Source of the DNA: Eledone cirrhosa
Taxonomy: Eukaryota
Length of the DNA: 64,000 nt
Reading direction: 5' to 3'
Assembly: GCA_964016885.1 (NCBI GenBank)
Contig: OZ024743.1
Location: 165,292,001 to 165,356,000, forward strand
The notes beneath the pieces are model-generated. The model was not told where the DNA came from. It was given only the letters and a program-made list of their open reading frames with translations, and did no database searches. Positions 55,563 to 64,000 of the stretch are shown piece after piece. The translations under genes and the position numbers were made by a program. Each line of letters opens with the position of its first letter. Position 1 is the stretch's first letter.

Positions 55563-55920
55563 AGAACAAAAGATGGTTAAAAGAGTTCCATGTATTTTAT
55601 TATGCGCATTTCAAAAACAAATATCATCATGCAATAATATTTGTGTTTTCATCAGATAAAACAGGAAGACATGATATGAAGGTTAAAAAACACTTGTGGA
55701 TAGGGCAGTTTTAAATCAACATGATATGTTGATTTAACATATGTTGATTTAACATATGTTTATTTAAAACTGCACTATCCACAAGTGTTTTTTAACCTTC
55801 ATATCATGTCTTCCTGTTTTATCTGATGAAAACACTAATATTATTGCATGATGATATTTGTTTTTGAAATGCGCATAATAAAATACATGGAACTCTTTTA
55901 ACCATCTTTTGTTCTTATAT
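55557..55920. repeat. ~160-bp-arm inverted repeat made of two HHR-bearing PLE ends
   Basis: 55557-55715 versus about 55761-55920 with 2-3 mismatches. The spacer is made of AACATATGTT-type repeats. Confidence 0.92.
55817..55883 (+). ncRNA. Type I HHR (mirror copy at 55595-55661 on the minus strand)
   Basis: TTTTAT CTGATGA AAACA..AATATTATT/GATGATATT..TGTTTTT GAAA TGCGCA TA ATAAAA, with palindromic stem III and an AUA triplet. Confidence 0.85.
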
Positions 55921-56035
55921 ATTATGTATACTCCAGTCCTACAAACTGTAGAGTGCTTCTTATCCGATATCTGCATTGATTTATTGTACTACAATAAAAC
56001 TCACCTCCTACATATATATATGTATATATATATAT

Positions 56036-56519
56036 ATATCTTTATGTCGTTTGGAAGCCTCGACAATGCAAATGGGTAAATCTCCGGGTAACAAGGTCCG
56101 GTGGTGGAGAGAGAGATGTAAGTGGGTGTACGCTGAGATGCATGGTGTGTATAAGATGTGTGAGATGTGTAGAATGAAGGGAAGAGTATAAAGGATAAAA
56201 ATAAAAATAACAACACAAGAGAGAGTTACCTTGGGAGAGATTTAATAGTCCCTATATATTTCGGATTCACATCCATCAACTGGGGTTTTTTCCGGGGTGG
56301 GGGAAAAGGTTGTCTGTCGGACAAGTCCGGATCGCGTCTTTCGCTATTTGTTGATTTGAATATCTGAGGTATTCGGCGGAGCGCGCGTGCGCGTGAAATG
56401 GGGTCGGTCGTACAGAGGTTAGCGGCCGAATGAGGGAGTGGGATGGCGCTAGCTGTCAGTCTATTCTCTGCCTGTTTGTTAAATGTTACTGTGTGTGTGT
56501 GTGTGTTGTTGTCTCGCTT

Positions 56520-56552
<33 letters not shown>

Positions 56553-57394
56553 GTTGCCCTGTTCATCTGTATTGGCAGTGTAGTATGTTCGTATGGTGGA
56601 ATGCTACTGTGTGTGTGTGCGTGTGTGTGTGTAGTTGTCTCGTTTGCGTGTGTGTGTGTGTGCGTGTGTTGTGTGTTGTTGCATCGCTTGTTAACTTAAA
56701 CCAGCCATTTCATTTCGCTTCTCTCTGGTCGGTTGTTTATTTGCGGTTGCAGTCGTTTGATAAAAAGCGCTTCCTTGATACGTAACGTGCCGACGTTTCT
56801 TTCAGTCGCTAGAATTGTGACAATGGGCCTTCCGTCTTTGTTTCCGCATTTGTCTATGTGTTTCCGGAAAGACGAGGCCCTGGTTTTAGTGTGTTCCTTG
56901 ATCAGTATGTGCAAAGGTCGAATTGTGCTACCTATGTAGTATCGGTTGCACCTGTCACATTCTATCTTATACACGACGTATGAGCGTAGGCAACAGTTAG
57001 CATGGCGTATCGAGCAGTCTCTGAGGGAGCATGCGTCAGTAGATTTTTAGGGTTTCCTGGAGAGGCATCTTCGCAGGGAGGGGCCCGAGTGCGCCAGGTG
57101 GATGTCGAGGCCCTCGCTCCGTATCGCTTTGCGGATAGCGTTGGTGGTTTTCTCGCCCAGGTGTGGCATTTTAAGGAAGCACTTGCCTTGGGTGCTTCTC
57201 TGTCTCTTGCGTCTGGTGTCTCCTATTCTGTCTGTGATCGAGGTAGGGTACCCGCTCGTCTCCAGCACCTCGAGGAATGGCTTGGTATGAGTGACACCAC
57301 TCGCGGGATCGCTGAATCTGTTTTTGATTCGCGCGATCTCGTTCGTGATGTATCCTCTTTTGGCACTGTTAGGGAGGGCGGACTTGTAGTGAAC
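56036..57394 (-). mobile_element. Inverted 3' segment of PLE family C
   Basis: Reverse complement of about 60236-61592 with scattered substitutions. Confidence 0.93.
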
Positions 57395-58039
57395 TACATA
57401 GGTAGCACAATTCGACCTTTGCACATCCGGATCAAGGAACACACTAAAACCAGGGCCTCGTCTTTCCGGAAACACATAGACAAATGCGGAAACAAAGACG
57501 GAAGGCCCATTGTCACAATTCTAGCGACTGAAAGAAACGTCGGCACGTTACGTATCAAGGAAGCGCTTTTTATCAAACGACTGCAACCGCAAATAAACAA
57601 CCGATGAGAGAGAAGCGAAATGAAATGGCTGGTTTAAGTTAACAAGCGATGCAACAACACACAACTCACGCACACACACACACACACACGCAAACGAGAC
57701 AACTACACACACACACGCACACACACACAGTAGCATTCCACCATACGAACATACTACACCGCCAATACAGATGAACAAGGCAACAACACACACACACACA
57801 CACTCAAGCGAGACAACAACACACACACACACACAGTAACATTTAACAAACAGGCAGAGAATAGACTGACAGCTAGCGCCATCACACTCCCTCATTTGGC
57901 CGCTGACCTCTGTACGACCGACCCCATTTCACGCGCACGCACGCTCCGCCGAATACCTCAGATATTCACATCAACAAACAGCGAAAGACGCGATCCGGAC
58001 TTGTCCGACAGACAACCTTTTCCCCCACCCCGGAAAAAA

Positions 58040-58075
58040 CCCCAGTTGATGGATGTGAATCCGAAATATATAGGG
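58040..58075 (+). ncRNA. HHR-like motif with a variant core (copies at 61344-61379 + and 56250-56285 -)
   Basis: CCC CAGTTGA T GGAT-GTGA-ATCC GAAA TATA TA GGG. All three stems are in register but the core is CAGUUGA or CGGUUGA. Confidence 0.6.
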
Positions 58076-58306
58076 ACTATTAAATCTCTCCCAAGGTAAC
58101 TCTCTCTTGTGTTGTTATTTTTATTTTTATCCTTTATACTCTTCCCTTCATTCTACACATCTCACACATCTTATACACACCACGCATCTCAGCGTACACC
58201 CACTTACATCTCTCTCTCCACCACTGGACCTTGTTACCCGGAGATTTACCCATTTGCATTGTCGAGGGTTCCAAACGACATAAAGATATTTACTTATTGT
58301 TCCACA

Positions 58307-60934
58307 ATGCTTCAAGCAAACTTCAATACTCTCTTATCCTTACACCTGAGCCAAGATTTGTTTGCATCCGTAAGGGAACTGTTTAGACTGTCGGAGAAAT
58401 GGGCCAACGCTGGCTGCCAAATTATTTTCCTGAAACGCTGCCTAAAAAACGATGTCATCCCCAACACCATCAAGAACATCCGCTTACCAGTAAGCCTACG
58501 TACACCAGCCTTCCAAAACACCACTAACCGCATACATCGCACGTGTATTAAACTGATCCTGAGACATCTCAACCGCCAATTACACGTGCATAAGCGGACA
58601 CTCTCAGAGCGGACACATCGACTGCCAATAGCACCCGGAGACTTGCTCCTAAAAATCACTAAAGCAATCGACCAGTGCTACCACTCCAAAGTCCAATACG
58701 AGAAAAAACGGCTCAAGCGAAAATATGAGTGGATCTTGTCGAAACGCCACAACGAGAACATCGACACTAACGAACAGACGGACCAGAACCACGTGGAAAA
58801 CAACAACTTAACAACCGCCACCGCCGCAACCACCAACACCGAGCCATACCTCAACGATGCGACGCACCTGGTCACCGACCTAACCGGCACTCTCACGAGC
58901 GACGAGCTGAAACTCCTACACCTCGGACCTAAGTTCATCGTCACACAACGTCTCGACGACAGACTCAAACTCAACATCGAGGCCAACTTTTGTCGAGCCG
59001 CCTACCAACTTAAATGGGTGACCGCTATCAACAGCGCCACAGATAATAACAGCGCCGACACAACCCACCCCAAGTTCCCCACTTACCACCCCGACAACCC
59101 ACTCCACCCCCACCCACCCACCAACCACGAACTCGACACTAAACTCATCAGGCTAAAACACTCCACCTCGGATATACTTCTCAAACACACACACACACGC
59201 ACAACACATAACCTCACCAAATCTCAACTCACCACTCTCTCCAACCTAAAATCGAAGAACCTCATCTATCTCCCCTCTGACAAAGGAAAATAATTCTGCG
59301 TCATCAGCACAGAGGCCTACAACACCCTGGCCCTCCAACACCTTGACGATGACAACCTCTACTCCAAGGTCGCGGGAATCACTCCCGCGCAGATAGAAGA
59401 ACACATCAACTCCGCCTGGACCAACATCTGCGACCGGCGGAAGCTCCCGAAGAAGCTGAGATACAACCTCCTCACGAGGAACAGCAGACTACCCGCCTTC
59501 TACCACCTCGTGAAAACACACAAACAGGGACCCGACCTGAAAATCAGGCCTATCGTATCGAGCGTGGAGGGACCACTCTACAAAATTTCATGGCTCCTAG
59601 CCAGAATACTCAAACCCATCTTAGACACCTTGCCGGGACACGTTAACAGCTCCGAGGAGGTGTTGAAGCGCCTGCATCAAATGGATCCCGACACCAGAAG
59701 GAATAACAGATATGCCTTCAGCCTTGATGTAGTCGCTCTCTACACCTCGGTCCCGGCACTCCCGGCCGTCAATATACTAATGGAACGCGTCCAATCCACC
59801 GACCTACACTGCTTCGGGCTCACCACCACTGACATCCACCAACTCCTATCCATCGTCGTCGACAACACCTACTTCGGATTCCTTGACCAAATATACCAAC
59901 AAACCTCGGGATTGCCCATGGGATCAAGTCTATCAGGTGTGCTAGCGATCTCCTACATGGACAACCTCGAACGCAAGGCACTCAACGCCTGCCACGCCAA
60001 CGCCGTAGCCTTTTTCTCAAGATACGTGGACGATATCCTCATCCTCACATCTTTCCAAGACACGGCGAACAGAATCTATGAGACGTTCAACAACACGGAC
60101 GAGAACATTGACTTCAGTGTTGAACACCCCAACGAAGACGGGTCACTTGCCCTCCTCGACTTCCGAATTAACATCACGGAACAAGGAGGGATCCACTGCA
60201 ACTTCTACAGAATGGCAGCCTGCAGGGACCTATTCGTTCACTACAGGTCCGCCCTCCCTAACAGTGCCAAAAGAGGATACATCACGAACGAGATCGCGCG
60301 AATCAAAAACAGATGCAGCGATCCCGCGAGTGGTGTCACTCATACCAAGCCATTCCTCGAGGTGCTGGAGACGAACGGGTACCCTACCTCGATCACAGAC
60401 AGAATAGGAGACACCAGACGCAAGAGACAGAGAAGCACCCAAGGCAAGTGCTTCCTTAAAATGCCACACCTGGGCGAGAAAACCACCAACGCTATCCGCA
60501 AGGCGATACGGAGGGAGAGCCTCGACATCCACATGGCCCACTTGGGGCCCTCCCTGCGAAGATGCCTCTCCAGGAAACCCTAAAAATCTACTGACGCATG
60601 CTCCCTCAGAGACTGCCCGATACGCCATGCTAACTGTTGCCTACGCACATACGTCGTGTATAAGATAGAATGTGACAGGTGCAACCAATACTACATAGGT
60701 AGCACAATTCGACCTTTGCACATCCGGATCAAGGAACACACTAAAACCAGGGCCTCGTCTTTCCGGAAACACATAGACAAATGCGGAAACAAAGACGGAA
60801 GGCCCATTGTCACAATTCTAGCGACTGAAAGAAACGTCGGCACGTTACGTATCAAGGAAGCGCTTTTTATCAAACGACTGCAACCGCAAATAAACAACCG
60901 ACCAGAGAGAAGCGAAATGAAATGGCTGGTTTAA
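58307..60934 (+). pseudogene. Family C RT-GIY-YIG ORF, one frame, with TAA stops at 59291 and 60581
   Basis: IIFLKRC, LLHLGPKF, PSDKG, KTHK, IRPIVS, LDVVALYTSV, GLPMGSSLSG, FSRYVDDI, CSLRDCPI..CCL and VVYKIEC..YYIGST.R.L..RIKEH motifs. Confidence 0.92.
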
Positions 60935-61649
60935 GTTAACAAGCGACGCAACAACACACAACACACGCACACACACACACACAAACACACGCAAACGAGA
61001 CAACTACACACACACACGCACACACGCACAGTAGCATTCCACCATACGAACATACTACACTGCCAATACAGATGAACAAGGCAACAACAACACACACACA
61101 CACACACACACACACTCAAGCGAGACAACAACACACGCACACACGCACACAGTAACATTTAACAAACAGGCAGAGAATGGACTGACAGCTAGCGCCATCC
61201 CATTCCCTCATTCGGCCGCTGACCTCTGTACGACCGACCCCATTTCACGCACACGCGCGCTCCGCCGAATACCTCAGATATTCAAATCAACAAACAGCGA
61301 AAGACGCGATCCGGACTTGTCCGACAGACAACCCCGGAAAAAACCCCGGTTGATGGATGTGAATCCGAAATATATAGGGACTATTAAATCTCTCCCAAGG
61401 TAACTCTCTCTTGTGTTGTTATTTTTATTTTTATCCTTTATACTCTTCCCTTCATTCTACACATCTCACACATCTTATACACACCACGCATCTCAGCGTA
61501 CACCCACTTACATCTCTCTCTCCACCACCGGACCTTGTTACCCGGAGATTTACCCATTTGCATTGTGGAGGCTTCCAAACGACATAAAGATATTTACTTA
61601 TTGTTCCATAATGCTTCAAGCAAACTTCAATACTCTCATATATATATAT

Positions 61650-62640
61650 ATATTTATTAAAATAACAGATTAAAGTTTAAGCAAAGAATCGCTGCTTTCA
61701 CCCTTTGATTGTTTATGTTATGGCATATAATTTTATATACTCTGGTTTGGCTACGGGAGTTTTGCGTCTGTGCGAGTATGCGGTTCGTACGTATGTTGGG
61801 TGTGTGTATATGTGTACTTCATGTTTAGGTTGACTTACGTCTCCGAACATTCGTGTATTTACATGTAGGTTTGTGTGTGCGCTTGTTATATACGTATTTA
61901 TTTATTTATATGCGTTTATATAATTATTTATTTATTTGTATACACGCATACACACATATATTTATATGTGCGTGGTTTTGTATAGCGATGGTAAGTGTTC
62001 TGCGTATGCTTGTGTATGTACGTATTTGTTTGCGTGTATGTATTTATTTATTTCTATTACTTCTGTATTGTATTTATTTACTTTGCTCTTAACTCTGCAG
62101 CGGAGATTCATTCGGTCTCCTAGTTAGAATTTTAGTCTACGACTTCAGCTATACCATTTACGTGGTTTTGTCTTTGCGTGCTATTGTTCTCCACGCTCCA
62201 CATATGACGTATTATCTTCGTTTTTTTCGTTCATTGCCATAGAACGTCTCTATGAACCACCTAAGAGAACATTAGTCTACGACCTCCTTTATACCATAAA
62301 CGTGGTTCTGTCTTTGCGCGTAATTGTTTTTCACCGCTCCTATTAATGACGTATTATATTCCTTTTTTTCCGTTCTTTGCCAGCGAACGTTTCCACGAAC
62401 CAAAGTATCGTCTTCCTGTCTTCCTCCGGTTGCAACGTTTTTTGAAATATCCACTTCTGCGTTTACAGATTGACTTTGTTAGTTTCAGAAGATCCCGTTA
62501 AGGGTGAAAGCAGCGATTCTTTGCTTAAACTTTAATCTGTTATTTTAATAAATATTTGCACTACGGTTCTTATATATTTGATATATATCTATCCTTATCG
62601 AGCCCTCTTTGGATTTTAGTATTCAAATTTATTATTATTA
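61650..62640 (+). mobile_element. Non-coding PLE end with a 55-bp inverted 5' copy, a ~140-bp diverged tandem and a variant HHR
   Basis: 61651-61705 is the reverse complement of 62500-62554. Tandem units start at about 62132 and 62273. Confidence 0.65.
62481..62531 (+). ncRNA. HHR-like motif with a CAGAAGA core
   Basis: AGTTT CAGAAGA TCCC-GTTAA-GGGT GAAA GCA-GCGATTCTT-TGC TT AAACT, with a CUU triplet. Confidence 0.5.
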
Positions 62641-62645
62641 CTATG

Positions 62646-62696
<51 letters not shown>

Positions 62697-62702
62697 GTAT
62701 AC

Positions 62703-62733
<31 letters not shown>

Positions 62734-62801
62734 TGTATATATATTTATATATGTATATATATATATATGTATATATATGTATATATATGTATATATGTAT
62801 A

Positions 62802-62894
<93 letters not shown>

Positions 62895-62897
62895 GTA

Positions 62898-63545
62898 TAT
62901 GGAGGAGGTTATAGTTCACTTGAAGCACTGTGTAATGAGGTATAAACGTTTGTATATGTATAATAAAGCCAAAACAATGCAGGTATGGACATAGAATAAA
63001 GAACGCAGATGCAAAAGATATTGTTGACAATTAGTCTATTACCTTACATTTATTTAAATGTCCTTAATTTTCGAGATAATATCTCTTCTTCAGAGGGAAG
63101 TAAAGCTGTCAAACCAGTGTTCTAAATATATATATGTATATATATATATGTACATATATATGTATATATATGTATATATATATGTAAATATATATATGTG
63201 TATATATATATATATAAGTATATATATATATTATATATATGTATATATATATATATAAGTATATATATATATATATAAGTATATATATATATATATAGAT
63301 ATGTATATATCTATATAAGCATATATATATATGTATATATATATATACATGTATATATATATATATGTATATATATATATACATATATACATGTATATAT
63401 ATATACATATATATATATATACATATATATATATACTTATATATATATACATATATATAAATACATATATATATATATATATGCTTATATATATATATAC
63501 ATATCTATATATACATATATATATATATATACTTATATATATATA

Positions 63546-63560
<15 letters not shown>
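62898..63560 (-). mobile_element. Second copy of the 45040 PLE end, with HHR at 63062-63096
   Basis: Direct sequence match to 45040-45690. Confidence 0.8.
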
Positions 63561-63619
<59 letters not shown>

Positions 63620-63622
<3 letters not shown>

Positions 63623-64000
63623 GATATTAAACAAATGGAAACTATATTTATAAAACCATATTTATTTCATTATACATATTTCAGCGATACCATATTAAAA
63701 ATATGGCATGCCTTCGTCAGATAAAATACAATATATAACCAGTTTTATAAATAATTTTGACGTACCATAAATATAGCGACCATTAAGGTAGGAAGCTGGC
63801 TTGGTAGTGAAGTGTTTATAAATATTTAGTGTTAAGCACAGTTACAAAGAAAGACGGAGAAAAAGAAGAAATGTATGTAAAGAAAAACAGAGAGAAATAG
63901 GGGTGTGAGAAAGAGGGAAGAGGTAAAAAAGAGAGGCAACCGAAGGCAACAGATGAATAATACTAATTCATCATACAAATTGAGAGATTTAAGAGGGAGG
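63620..64000 (-). mobile_element. Diverged relative of the family B 3' end, with HHR at 63665-63726
   Basis: 63620-63760 is homologous to 48484-48630. Minus strand reads TTTTAT CTGACGA ... GAAA TATGTA TA ATGAAA. Confidence 0.8.

Larger units (their letters stand above)
57393..61637 (+). mobile_element. Full-length Penelope/Poseidon-like PLE family C with pLTRs at 57393-58333 and 60690-61637
   Basis: Direct repeats containing the GIY-YIG end, the UTR and the ORF start flank a single-frame ORF. Confidence 0.93.

Noticed and set aside
57002-57607. 201-aa chimeric ORF ending in a GIY-YIG half
   Set aside because: It reads across the inversion junction at 57393 (antisense RT fused to the pLTR) and is not an independent gene
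58109-58306. N-terminal extension of the family C ORF from a non-ATG start
   Set aside because: This is low-complexity pLTR sequence. The ATG at 58307 directly precedes the recognisable PLE N-terminus.

Overview
Eukaryotic, repeat-saturated genomic DNA with no recognisable host gene. The SINE types and the TA-microsatellite load suggest an invertebrate, most likely an octopus or other cephalopod (inference). About half the window is irregular (TA)n/(TATG)n microsatellite, which produces all the Tyr/Ile/Met/Cys/His ORFs in the track. A 200-N scaffold gap lies at 10910-11109. Three near-complete Penelope-like retroelement (PLE: RT + C-terminal GIY-YIG) families are embedded in the arrays: family A (Neptune-like, Asn-rich N-terminus), family B (Naiad-like, forming a 6.8-kb inverted duplication) and family C (Penelope/Poseidon-like, with pLTRs and an inverted 5' copy). 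There are also many PLE 3'-end fragments, four CR1-group LINE pieces, two SINEs and the 5' part of an intron-containing Helitron. The main hidden signal is about 22 hammerhead ribozyme (HHR) motifs from roughly 13 sequence families, folded by eye. Some have very long stem II insertions and some have non-canonical cores. At least two sit in small non-coding, highly structured units of about 470-520 bp arranged as inverted segment + monomer + partial tandem. These look like retrozyme-type (possibly circular-RNA) parasites of the TA-associated PLEs. No software or database search was run.
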